A stretch of 53,351 nt of DNA, filler included, from Malassezia furfur (taxonomy: Eukaryota): NCBI GenBank assembly GCA_052055015.1. It is 2 parts of 2 records of this genome, joined end to end, with 100 filler letters (N's around TTAATTAATTAA, not from the genome) between each part and the next. Parts side by side here need not be neighbours in the genome. Positions count along the whole stretch, not along the records: positions 26,801 to 53,351 come from JBQJIT010000123.1; 1 more part is not named here. One strand, given 5' to 3'. Made by a program: the position numbers and the translations under genes. Of this stretch, positions 32,606 through 43,774 are shown in pieces. Each line of letters opens with the position of its first letter. Position 1 is the stretch's first letter. The notes beneath the pieces were generated by a model, which was given only the letters and a program-made list of their open reading frames with translations, was not told the origin of the DNA and made no database searches.

Positions 32606-33578
32606 ATGAGCGAACAGATTAAAAGCACCCTTGCGCCGGGCCAGCTGACTCCCAACTTTACATTGCTCAACTATGGTCAGTTTCTGGCGGCCGGTGGCTT
32701 GTGCGCAACGGTTACGCACGGCTCTCTCACACCGATTGATGTCGTGAAGACGCGTCTGCAGCTGGAGCCGGCGGGCAGCAAAGAGACGATGATGAGTATG
32801 GCGCGTTCGATCGTGAAAAGCGATGGTCCCTCGGGTCTCTTGGCCGGTTTCGGCCCGACTGCTGTGGGTTACTTGATCCAGGGCGGTGCGAAATTCTGTG
32901 GTTACGGTACGTTGTCTGCTGCTCACGCCAGAATTCTTTAAGAAACACTTTATTGACGCTCTGGGAAGCAAGCAGAAGGCTAGCGAGTACCGTCAGCTTG
33001 TGTATCTCGGTTCAGCGAGTGCCGCCGAGGTGATTGCGACCACGCTGCTGACGCCCCTGGAAGCGGCGCGCATTCGATTGGTGTCGCAGCGCGGTTATGC
33101 ACACGGCATGATCGGCGCCATGACCCGCATGGGCCGTGAGGAAGGTATTTCTGGCTTCTACGCGGGCTATATCCCCATCCTGTTCAAGCAGGTGCCTTAC
33201 GCGATCGGACAATTTTACACGAACGAGATGTGCCACAACTTTGTCAATGCGAGCATCTCCAAGGAGAAACAGGCATCATGGGGCAAGACGGGTCAGCTGG
33301 CGATCCAGCTGGGTTGTGGTATTACGGCAGGTGCCGCCGCTGCCATTCTTTCGCACCCAGCCGACACGCTTCTTTCCAAAATTAACCGTGGCAATGTCGG
33401 CGAGGGTTCGCCTATGACCAAGCTGCTCCGTGCGGCGAAGCAGACGAGCTTCATGGGTCTGTGGGCCGGATTGGGTACAAGGATTATCATGACTGCCATC
33501 CTGGTCAGTGGCCAATTCTTGATCTATGACCAGATCAAGGAGGCGCTTGGCGCGCCTAAGAGCATTGAGATTTCGTAG
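32606..33578 (+). CDS. MIR1: Mitochondrial phosphate carrier (Mir1/Pic2 type)
   Basis: THGSLTPIDVVKTRLQ, GYLIQGGAKFCGYEFFK, PLEAARIR, KQVPY and SHPADTLLS; 25-nt intron 32907-32931. Confidence 0.92.
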
Positions 33579-33661
33579 AGACAGACCGACACCGTCTGTA
33601 CAAATCTGGTCGACTATCTGGGCAAATAATGGCAAGGTGCCTCGGAACGCATGCATTTGCC

Positions 33662-35282
33662 TCATTGCGTCGAGATCGACTGCTTGGCGGCCTCATTGAG
33701 GGCGATCAGCGCCGGAGGCACCAGCTTGTCCCAAAGCTGCGCCTTCCAGGTCCGGTCAAAGGTGGCATCGCTGAACGCGGTCTGTACATGCTTCCGTGCC
33801 CGTTCGCGAACCGCCAGCGCTTCCGAAGCAGGCATAGTGAGTAGTTTGTACGCCTGCGACACATATCCGTCCAGGTCTTCTGCATGGAAGCCAGTTGGCT
33901 GACCGTCGACAGGCACCGAAATATCCAGCAAGGGGCCGGCAGATGCGTGTGACAGCGCGAGCAGCCCAGACGCCATGTACTCGACGACATTGATACCGAA
34001 GTGCTCGTCCACCATCGTGCTGAGCCCAACGCTGGCCTTGCCGAGCTTGTCAATGACGGTACTCAGCGGCGCATTGATACACCATTCGATGTGGTTTTCG
34101 ATGATGAGTTCTTTGGCCAGCGCCTTAAGGCTAGCAACACGCTCCTCGTCTTCCTTGTTGCGGACACCACCGATGAGCACAAGCTTGAGCGCACGGTTCG
34201 CGCCGGAAGACGTCTTGAGCTCCTTGCGCTGGTCGAGTAGCTGGCGGATCATACGAAGTTGCAGCGCATGGTCCTTTTCCGGTCGGAACTGCGCCAAGCT
34301 CACAATCTGCCGCGCCTGGCGATTTTCGAGCGAAAGCTTGGCAAACTTTTCCGTGTTGCACGGAGGATACACGATGTTCACCTCAGGGATGTGCACCTTC
34401 CAAGGCCGCCAGAGTCTGCACTGCACCAGGGTCTGGATGTGGTTCTTGGTCCAGGTACCGTTGGTAACGATCACATCGGCATTGCGAAGCGCGTCGCCGT
34501 ACACCGCGGCAAAGAGGTGGTAGTAGATGAGTTTCAACCAGCTCAACGGGAGACTGGAGGCAATCCACGACGAGTTCGTAATGCCTGCCCTGCGTTTCCG
34601 CACGCGCTGTAGCATGTCTGTGCTGATCGTTGGATAGTGCACGTAGGCACCCACGCGGATCTTCTTAGAGAAGTTTTTGGCCGCGCTTAAAGCAAACGCG
34701 TATCCCATGGTGTCGATAAACACGTCGGGCACTAGTTCACTCATGGCCGCGTAGCCCAAGCGGTTCGCGCCAAACGCTTGGCCAAGCAACGTGAAATGGC
34801 GCCAGTAGGAGCCCTCGACCAGATGGCGGTTCTGCAGGGGGAGGAATGCGACGGCTTCGGGACGCACTGTGATGCCAAACCGCTCCTTGGCCTTGTTGAG
34901 AATCTCTTCCTTGGTTACGCCATTGGGAAGAGGCTTAATGTCGCCCGTGTACACCACGCAGATCACGTTGGGGTCTTGCTGATGCATGCGGAGGGCCTCG
35001 AAGAGGACGCGCTCGCCGCCGCCGCCTGCATTACTGGCTTAGCCGTGTCACGTACCAGAACGGGTGGAAGAAACCCACAAACATGTACTTTCGCGGCTCT
35101 CGCACACCTAGATCACGCAAGATGCGCATGCGTTTCTGGACATTGGTGTCGCGCAACGCCAAGCGCCAAGCAAACAACGAAATATAGTAGCATACAACCA
35201 GGGTACCAATAAACAGGTACCCCATGGTATTCCACTCTTCCTGCGTCGGGCGCGGCAGCAAGGCAGACAATCCCATTCCCAT
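33662..35282 (-). CDS. ALG11: GDP-Man alpha-1,2-mannosyltransferase Alg11
   Basis: GFFHPFCNAGGGGERVL after the 22-nt intron 35034-35055. Also DTMGYAF, YVHYPTISTDML, AQFRPEKDH and EHFGINVVEYMA. Start codon uncertain (35282 or 35276). Confidence 0.95.
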
Positions 35283-35404
35283 GGTAGCACGTAAGGAAAA
35301 GAAGCAATTCGTGCGCAGTGCACGTTCTCCTACGCATAAGGCTGCATGCAGCGTCAAGTGGAGGGCATTCGTTTCCAACCCCGCGCCGTGCAGTCCTGCT
35401 GGGG

Positions 35405-38029
35405 ATGGATGGCGATTTCTATTCCTTCGTGGCGTCGTACGACGTGCACAGGGACGTGTGCTTTCGCATGTACGTCATGATATCTCACGCAGATCCCGTC
35501 TGGAAGGCAAGCGCCCTAGCAGCGCCAGTCCGAATGCAGTGGACCTCTCGCAGAGCGGAAAGGATCGTACATTGGCACAAGGCGCCCAAGATCCTGCGGA
35601 GGTGCCGCCGCTCTGCGTCCAGTGCCAGATCTATGCGGACAACAAGCCACTGACTCTCCCGAAGCGCACGTCGTACAAGACACCGAAGCCCGACATGGAG
35701 TGGGACGAATGGATGCAAATGCCCTTTGAGATTGCTAACCTCCCACCTACAGCCGTCTTGGTTTTCACGCTTCTGGAGCCCGATACATCCCATGGTGAGG
35801 TTATTGTTGGTGGTACGACGTTGCCGCTCTTTGGTAGGAAAGGGTACGCATTATCTCTCACAAAGATCACTCCGACGAGGACGGCAACGACTGCATATGT
35901 GGCCCAAAGTTGTGGGCGACACACACCTTCCTTCGTCTACGCCGCATCAGCAGGGGCCTGAGACAGAGTCGCTACGCCTGGAGAAGCTAGCCAAGCAGCA
36001 CCAGCGTCGCACGCTGCCCCACGTTGACTGGCTCGACAAGCTCGCTTTTCGGGCCATTGAGCAGGAGCACGAGAGCGAAGTGGACAAAGCCGATGGACTC
36101 TTGTTGACGGTCGAAATGCCCAACTTTGACCTTCCTGTGGTATTTGCAGAACCCGAGCCCGAAACGGAGGAGGAGCCGCCAGTCAAAACCACTCCCGCTC
36201 CGGCTGGGCCTTGTCGGACCGTGGACGCCTCCTTGTTCACCATCTATGACCCCGAGGGTGACAAGGAGAACATCATCGAGGCAAAGCACCGTCGGCTCGT
36301 GCGATCCCAGCGGTCCAATCTTCTTGACCGCGAGCGGAAGCCCACGGCCAATGTGCGCGACGAACTAAACGATATCCTTGTATACCCATCCACGCGCAAA
36401 CTCACCTCGGCAGAGAAGGATCTGATCTGGTCCTTCCGTTTTCACCTCACACGCTACCCCAAAGGGCTCACCAAGTTCCTCAAGTCGGTCGTCTGGAGTG
36501 ACCCGGACGAGACACGGCAAGCCACGGATGTCTTGCTGCCAATGTGGGCCGAGCCTGAACTCTCCGATGCACTGGAGCTACTCGGACCTTGGTTCCGAGA
36601 CCTACGCGTACGTGCCTATGCGGTGCGCCTCTTGGAGCGGGCAAGCGACGAGGAACTCGAGCTGTACCTCTTGCAGCTTGTGCAAGCCATCAAGTTTGAC
36701 GAAATGGCATGGAACCAGGCCAATCGCCATCGGCGACCGGAGGACACTGAGACGGACGCGCTGGTGGATGGGTCAAAGTTGGTCGATCTCTTGTGCATGC
36801 GGAGCGCGTCAAACAATTGCATGGGAACCATGTTCTTCTGGTATGTCCGGGTGGAATGCGACGATGCAACGTATGGTCCCCTGTTCAAACGTGTTTTGGA
36901 TGCACTGCATGCCCGCTTAGTGAATACCAATGCGTCGCTGGAAAAGATGCTTTCGCGTCAAACCCAGTTTGTCGAGGTGCTTTCGTCGAGGTGCAAACAG
37001 CTGCGCCTCTCGCGCGATGCACGACCTAAGAAGATCGAGAAACTGCGTGCTCTTCTTGCGGACAAAAAAGGGGGGCTGCATACGTTCCACCCGGCGCTTT
37101 CTTTGCCCCTGGATCCGCTGGTATCGGTCGTGAAAACGGTGCCGGAGAACAGCACCGTGTTCAAAAGCAATCTATTTCCCCTACGCATCGAGTTTGAGGT
37201 GGACCAAACGCGATCCGACGCGCCTGACGACGAGGCCAAAAGCGGTCCAGCGTACACTGTCATTTGCAAAGATGGGGACGACCTGCGGCAGGACCAGTTG
37301 GTGATTCAGCTGTTTGCGCTGATGGATCGACTTCTCCGCAACGAGAACCTCGACCTAAAAATCACGCCCTACCGTGTGCTGGCCACGAGTCCTTCGGATG
37401 GCATGGTGCAATACATCCAAAGCATGACAATTGCTGCGATTATGGCGAGCTATAACGGCAGTTTGCTGGAGTATTTGCGTGCAAATTACCCTGACAAGAA
37501 CAGCGCAGCGACCTACTTCGTGCAAAGCTCGGTGCTGGACACCTTTGTACGAAGTTGTGCGGGATACTGTGTAATTACCTACTTACTGGGTGTGGGCGAC
37601 CGGCACTTGGACAACCTGCTGCTCTCGCCCGATGGGCATTTCTTCCATGTGGACTTCGGCTACATCTTGGGCAGAGACCCGAAGCCGTTCCCGCCTCCTG
37701 TCAAGATCTGCAAGGAGATGGTCGACGGCATGGGCGGTGCTAACTCGGTATACTATGCGCGATTCAAGAAATTGTGCAACACAGCCTATGCAAGTCTGCG
37801 CAAGAATGCCAACCTCATTCTGAACCTGGTCTCGCTGATGGTGGACGCCAACATCCCGGATATCCGGTCCGAACCTGACAAGGCCGTACTTAAGATCCAG
37901 GAGAAGTTCATGTTGGATGTCAGCGAAGAGAAAGCCGTGATGAATTTCGAGGCCCTTTTCAACGAGACATCCTACATTTCTTCCATGTTTGATCGACTCC
38001 ACAACATGGCACAGTACTTCCGACAATAG
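35405..38029 (+). CDS. VPS34: Class III PI3-kinase Vps34
   Basis: C2 region, VRAYAV, LYLLQLVQA, DDLRQDQL, YLLGVGDRHLDN, HVDFGYILGRDPKP and C-terminal HNMAQYFRQ. Introns 35470-35492 (23) and 35844-35865 (22). Confidence 0.97.
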
Positions 38030-38053
38030 ACTTCTAGCGCAGGCCTCCACCTG

Positions 38054-39079
38054 ATGGACGAGCTGCGAAAAGCGTATCCGGACCGAGTGCCGATCCTGCT
38101 TGCCAACGGGGTGCCCTACCTCTGGGAAGCAAGAGACGTGGAATTCGTTAGAACACAGCACAACTTGTGTGGCCTACTAAGCGGCACCTCTCCGCTGATC
38201 CCTCAGCAAAATGTGTTCTTGGGCCTGCCGCTTCGTCTGCTTCCAGAAGAGGTGGTGTTGTTGCTCAGGCGGAAAGCCGCGGTGCTGATTAGCGACAAGG
38301 ACGCCTACGAGATTCCTAGGGAAGACGAACGTGCGCAGTTCCTTGAACGTGAAGCGCAACAAATCCTTTCTCAGAAGGAACAGCAGCTCCAGCAGCAAGA
38401 AGAGCACCGGCAGCGTATTGAGGCTGCGCTCACGGAAGACACGGCGGACGCCAAGGCGCTTGAACGCCGCCGTGCACGTCAAGCGGCCAAAGAGGCTAAG
38501 GGTGCCAAAGTAGTACCAGTGGCACCGCCGTCGCAAGAGGACATTATGGCGAAGATGGCTTATGTTCACCATATCCCTAATACGTCCGCTGAAATTCCGG
38601 GCTACCATCCGGCGACCTCTAACATGCAGTCGGAACCTACCAATGCATACCTCACACTACAGGCTGCACAAGCGGCTGGTGTTTGGTCGTACCCCAGTAC
38701 GTTGCAAGAACGCGCGCGCTGTGCCACGTTTGAAGCGCTTCACAGCAAGGGATACTTTCTGAGCACTGGACTGCGTTTTGGCGGCGACTTTGTGGTGTAC
38801 CCCGGAGATCCGCTACGATACCATTCACACTATACGGCGACCATTCTTGCGACGCCGCAGCAGCCTATGGCCGCCTACCATGTTGTCGCCTCGGGTCGCT
38901 TGGGTACGGCGGTCAAGAAATCGCACTTGTTGTGCCAGGCCAATACGGTGACGCTGGATGATACGGTGGCACTTGAGCGGCGTTTGGCAGGGTATGACGA
39001 TGCGACAGATGCAGCACCGGCGCCGCTGTGGGGTAACGTTGAGTACTGGAGCTTGGCGTGGGCCGGTTTTGGCACATAG
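38054..39079 (+). CDS. SEN34: tRNA splicing endonuclease subunit Sen34
   Basis: PQQNVFLGLPLRLLPEEV, GLRFGGDFVVYPGDPLRYHSH and GRLGTAVKK. Confidence 0.95.
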   Translation: MDELRKAYPDRVPILLANGVPYLWEARDVEFVRTQHNLCGLLSGTSPLIPQQNVFLGLPLRLLPEEVVLLLRRKAAVLISDKDAYEIPREDERAQFLEREAQQILSQKEQQLQQQEEHRQRIEAALTEDTADAKALERRRARQAAKEAKGAKVVPVAPPSQEDIMAKMAYVHHIPNTSAEIPGYHPATSNMQSEPTNAYLTLQAAQAAGVWSYPSTLQERARCATFEALHSKGYFLSTGLRFGGDFVVYPGDPLRYHSHYTATILATPQQPMAAYHVVASGRLGTAVKKSHLLCQANTVTLDDTVALERRLAGYDDATDAAPAPLWGNVEYWSLAWAGFGT

Positions 39080-39085
39080 GGTATA

Positions 39086-39933
39086 TCATCGTTGTTTGCG
39101 GACACTGCGGGGGATAAGCGACAGAACGCTCATTTGCTCGAGGACGTCTTGCAAAGCGGGTGTGGATGTTTCAGGTGAAGCACAGGAAGAGTCTTCTGCT
39201 GTGCTGGACAGAGAGTCCAAACTTCGTTTTCTCGTCAGGGCCGGGGGCGTCGGTGTCTCTGGAGAGGTTGCTGGTGTTGCTTGAGGCCGTTCTGGCAGTA
39301 CGGGAGGGTTGAAATTCCTCTCAATAATTTGGCCCTCGACCTGCATGCGCGATTGAGGAACATCTTCTTGCTCCGCCCTTTGGTCACTGCAGCACTTGTC
39401 TGTGAGTGTCCTCCGCCGCCACGTCTTGCGCACGAGACTCGCGCCATCCCCATAGAGCTCTCGAAGCCGTCCGATGCCATGGTTTGTCACGCTGAAGAAA
39501 AATTCTGGTGGGTAATGATGTGCAGCAATCAGATGTTGTCGGCGTAACTTCGGCGTGGCAAACACGCGGTCGCACTGGGGTTCAAAGCACCCGAACTGTG
39601 TCAGCTCGAAGGACGTACTACTTTCTCTCCACGCTCGCGACGCTGCGCCGTAAGACTGCTATGGCACTCATCCATATGCAGAGCGAGAAAATGTTCATTT
39701 GGGAACGTTTTTCCGCACCGGTGTGCGCGAGCGTCAACGAGCTGGGGGGCTGCCTGCTTAGAGTCGTGTGAATTTAGCGGCAGCGGAGCGAGACAGCGAA
39801 ACGCATGCTCGGTATAATAATGTGCCTCAAATGCCGCAATAGACGAGAACGGCATGCGCGGTTTGTGCCCCGGCAGGCTGCATTCGCTGACTTGCTTCGG
39901 CGACGCGTCCGCCTCGCGCCGTTTCCTCTCCAT
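39086..39933 (-). CDS. C2H2 zinc-finger protein (ZNF511-like)
   Basis: Three fingers: CSLPGH...HYYTEH, CGKTFPNEHFLALHMDECH, and FGCFEPQCDRVF...HLIAAHHYPPEFFF after the 23-nt intron 39596-39618. Confidence 0.85.
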
Positions 39934-40002
39934 GTTGCTCCACAGCAATGCAGGAAAGCCGGACCACGTGCTAGGACCCTGTGGAGTCTTCCTCGAGACA
40001 CG

Positions 40003-41739
40003 ATGGCGACCGCGCAGACGATTCCGACCAAGCCCTTCGAAGGCCAGAAGCCGGGTACTTCAGGACTGCGGAAGCGGTACGTGCAATGCTTATCCCAGTG
40101 TCAAGGTCTTTGAGCAGGAGAATTACACGGAGAACTTTGTGCAGTGCATCCTGGATGCCATTCCGGGCGGTGCGAAGGGTGCGACGCTGGTCGTGGGCGG
40201 TGACGGCCGCTACTTCTCCAAGCCGGCCGTGCAGAAGATTATCCGCATCTCGGCCGCGAACGGGGTGAAGAAGTTGATCATCGGCCAGAACGGCATCCTT
40301 TCGACGCCGGCCGCCTCGCACATCATCCGCCTGAACAAGGCGACGGGTGGTATTTTGCTCACGGCGAGCCACAACCCTGGTGGCCCGGACGCCGACTTTG
40401 GCATCAAGTACAACATGAGCAACGGTGGCCCCGCGCCTGAGGCAGTCACGAACGAGATTTACAAGCTCACCACCCAGATCCAGGAGTACAAAGTGGTCGA
40501 GGGTGCCGACGTTGACCTGTCCAAGATCGGCACCAGCACGTTTGGCTCGATGGAGGTGGAAGTGATCGACTCGGTGAAGGACTATGTCGAGTATCTCGCG
40601 AAGATCTTCGACTTCAACATGATCCGCGACTTCTTGTCGTCCGGTTCGTTTACGGTGCGCTTCGACGGCCTGAACGGTGTGACGGGACCGTATGCTAAGG
40701 CCCTGTTTGTCGAGCACTTCGGCCTGGACGAGTCCGCGGTGCAAAACTGCGTGCCGCTGCCTGACTTCGGTGGCGCGCACCCCGACCCGAACCTTACCTA
40801 CGCCAAGACGCTGGTCGACGCTGTGGAGAAAGAAGGGCTCAGCTTTGGCGCCGCGAGCGACGGCGACGGTGACCGCAACATGATTCTGGGCAAGAACGCA
40901 TTTGTGAACCCGAGTGACAGTGTCGCAATCATTGCGGACTGGGCGCAGAAGGCGATCCCCTACTTTGCCCAGGGCGGTATCCACGGCTTGGCCCGCAGTA
41001 TGCCGACGAGTGGTGCGATTGACCGTGTCGCCAAGGCGCGCAACTACGAGGTGTTCGAGGTGCCTACGGGGTGGAAGTTCTTTGGCAACCTCATGGATGC
41101 CGGCCGCCTGTCGATCTGCGGTGAGGAGTCGTTCGGCACGGGCTCGGACCAAATCCGTGAAAAGGACGGTCTTTGGGCCGTGGTCGGTACGTGAAGTTCT
41201 TTCTGACGCAGCGTGGCTCAGCATCATGGCCGCAGCCAACAAGGAGAAGCCCGGCACCAGTGTGGGAGATGTGCTGAACGCGCACTACACCAAGTACGGT
41301 CGCAACTTCTTCAGCCGCTACGACTACGAAGAGGTCGACAGTGACGGCGCCAAGAAGATGATGGAGCACCTTCGTGGGCGCTTTGCCGAATCCGACTTTG
41401 TTGGTAGTAAGCTCGGCGACTTCACGGTGGCTGAAGCCGACGACTTCAGCTACACGGACCCGATCGACAAGAGCGTGAGCAAGAACCAGGGTCTGTACGT
41501 GCTGTTCAGCGATGGCTCGCGTGTCATCTTCCGCCTGAGCGGCACGGGCAGTGCTGGCGCGACGATCCGTCTCTATGTCGAGAAGTACACGCAGGACCCT
41601 GCGGAGTACAAGGAGGACGTTCAAAAGGCGCTCATGCCGCTCATCAACGTCGCACTCCAGCTTAGTGAGCTGGAGAAGTTTACTGGCCGCTCGAAGCCCA
41701 CGGTGATTACGGTACGTGACGCGCACTGACCCTTAGTGA
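40003..41739 (+). CDS. PGM2: Phosphoglucomutase
   Basis: QKPGTSGLRKRV, TASHNPGG, DGDGDRNM, GEESFGTGS, FRLSGTGS and C-terminal PTVIT. Introns 40077-40098 (22), 41187-41211 (25) and 41712-41736 (25). Confidence 0.97.
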
Positions 41740-41767
41740 GCTTTTACTCAGCCACGCACGGCCCGGA

Positions 41768-42974
41768 ATGTTAACTCCGATGTTCCGTGGGCTCGTGTAC
41801 CGTAGCGTGCGGCCTACCGTAAACTGTCTCGCATCTTCCCTCTCGCGACGTACCTTTGCCCAAATGACGGTCCCTGAAAGCATGCGCGCGGTCCTGATTC
41901 GCGACAAGGTCGGTCCCTCGAGTGCGCTGTACATAGGCGAGGCACCCACCCCCAAGCTCACCGACACGCCACAGAGCGTGCTGGTGCAAGTGAAGGCATT
42001 CGGCCTGAACCGTATGGACCTGCTCCAGCGCGAGGGTAAGTATCCTATTCCTCCTGGAGCAAGCCCGATCCTGGGTGTCGAGTTCAGCGGGAACGTCGTC
42101 GATGTCGGCCAGGGTGTTAAGCACCTGGCCGTCGGGGACCCTGTATTTGGTCTCGCGACCGGTGGCGCCTACGCCGAGTATATCCGTGTCCCCGAGGAGA
42201 TGGTGCTCAAGAAACCAGAGGCAATCAATTGGGTGCAGGCTGCGAGTATGCCCGAAGGTGCGTGATGCGCGCTGATGCAGCGTTCTTGACCGCGTTCCAG
42301 GCACTCCGCGTGCTAGGCTCGTTCAAGGCAGGCGAGGACCTGCTGGTGCACGCAGGTGCGTCCGGTGTGGGCCTTGCGGCCATCCAGCTTGCCAAGGCAG
42401 AGGGTGCGCGTCGCATCTACGTCACTGCTGGGTCACCCGAGAAGATTGCATTCTGCAAGCAGCTTGGAGCCACAGACGGATTCAACTACAAAGAGGGCAG
42501 CTGGAAGGACAAGCTGATGGAGGCGACCAACGGCGAGGGTGTGGACGTCATTATGGACTTTGTGGGCGCGCCATACTTTGAAGACAACTTGGCATCCCTG
42601 AAGCGCGACGGGCGTCTGACGATGCAGGGCTTTATGGGTGGCGCCAAGGTCAAGGAGGTAAACCTGGGCACGCTCCTGACGAAACGCTTGCGTATTGAGG
42701 GCAGCACGCTGCGGAGCCGCTCGCTGGAGTACCAATCGAAACTGGTGCAAGACTTTTTCCACAGCGGCGGCCTGGACTCAATTGTGCGGGGTGTGGAGAA
42801 CCACGACGAAGGCACGCGCCTGGTCGTGTGGGGGACGTTTGACTGGAACGAGATCGCCAAGGCGCACGACGCGATGCAAGCGAACAAGAGTACGTCGTTT
42901 ACCCACTCACACAGACACGGGCAAGAGTGCGTGGACGTTGCGAGGCTTACGCAGTTGTTGCTACCATTTCGTGA
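41768..42974 (+). CDS. NADPH:quinone oxidoreductase, PIG3-like MDR family, with probable mitochondrial presequence
   Basis: KAFGLNRMD, GVEFSG, GGAYAEY, HAGASGVGLAAIQLA, GSTLRSR and NTGKIV. Introns 42258-42280 (23), 42890-42914 (25) and 42927-42954 (28). Confidence 0.92.
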
Positions 42975-42986
42975 AACTAGAATACA

Positions 42987-43668
42987 TTAGCCCGAGAACT
43001 CGGCCCGCCGTGGCACCGACGAGGCAGTCACCGGCTCCTTTTTCACCTCGCCGGAGGCCAAACTTGCATCGTAGCGCTCGCGGATCGAGGCAAACACCTG
43101 GTCGAGATTTGCGATGGCGTCGCGGAACGCGTCGACCGCCGACACGGTGTGCTCTGCGGTTAGTCCGTTCCCAAACGCGAGGAGAATTCAGTAGGAACAA
43201 TTGGAAATGCGTATAACTGCCAGTCCATCGCCATAGCTCGGCTTCGGAAAGGTGTCATCCCAACACCAATTGGCCTAGACACTCACCATTCATCTGGACA
43301 CGCATGTGGATTTTGCTCTCGGATGGATGGGGAATGCTGCGTGTGAGCGGGCGGCGACAACCTACGTATAACCGCAAAACTCCACGCGTGGGCTGCCGTT
43401 AGCATGCTCTTGGTATACATTGCCCCTCAGAAACGAAGAATTCCAAGTTTGTATTCCCCCATGACGCTTGCAAAGCAGGTCTCGGGACACAATGGGTATA
43501 ATCTTCGGGGCCTGAGTCGACGTACTCTTTCATCAGCATGTACCGCAGCGCATTGCCGAGGGTATGATCTTCATCCTGGATACAGAACGTGACGGCGGTG
43601 AGCGCAGCGTCGTGTCCAGGAAGCAGGGTGATCTTCCCATGCACGGCCGAGGCGTCCAGCTCGTCCAT
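42987..43668 (-). CDS. RPC19: RNA polymerase I/III shared subunit AC19
   Basis: [31 protein letters not shown] after splicing introns 43393-43525 (133), 43337-43365 (29) and 43154-43286 (133); TAA at 42987-42989. Confidence 0.94.
43185..43265 (-). ncRNA. Intronic box C/D snoRNA, snR41/SNORD62-like (guide for the 18S Am541 equivalent)
   Basis: C-like GGGAUGA (43261-43255), D' CCGA, C' GCGAUGG and D CUGA (43191-43188). Guide UCCAAUUGUUCCU is complementary to the conserved 18S AGGAACAAUUGGA (recalled from memory). Ends approximate. Confidence 0.82.
43422..43512 (-). ncRNA. Intronic box C/D snoRNA, snR57-like (guide for the 18S Gm1572 equivalent)
   Basis: D box CUGA (43430-43427) preceded by ACUUGGAAUUCUUCGUUU, complementary (1 GU, 1 mismatch) to 18S AACGAGGAAUUCCUAGU (recalled from memory). 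Degenerate C box CCGAAGA and a GCCCC/GGGGC terminal stem. Ends approximate. Confidence 0.78.
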
Positions 43669-43774
43669 CGTGGTGCAGGCGCAAAATTTGCACGGCACTC
43701 GGCACGGACGCGCATGTGCTGACAAAGCGTGCCGGTTGGCCCCCAGGCACGGCCACGGTCTCACCGCCGCCGCC

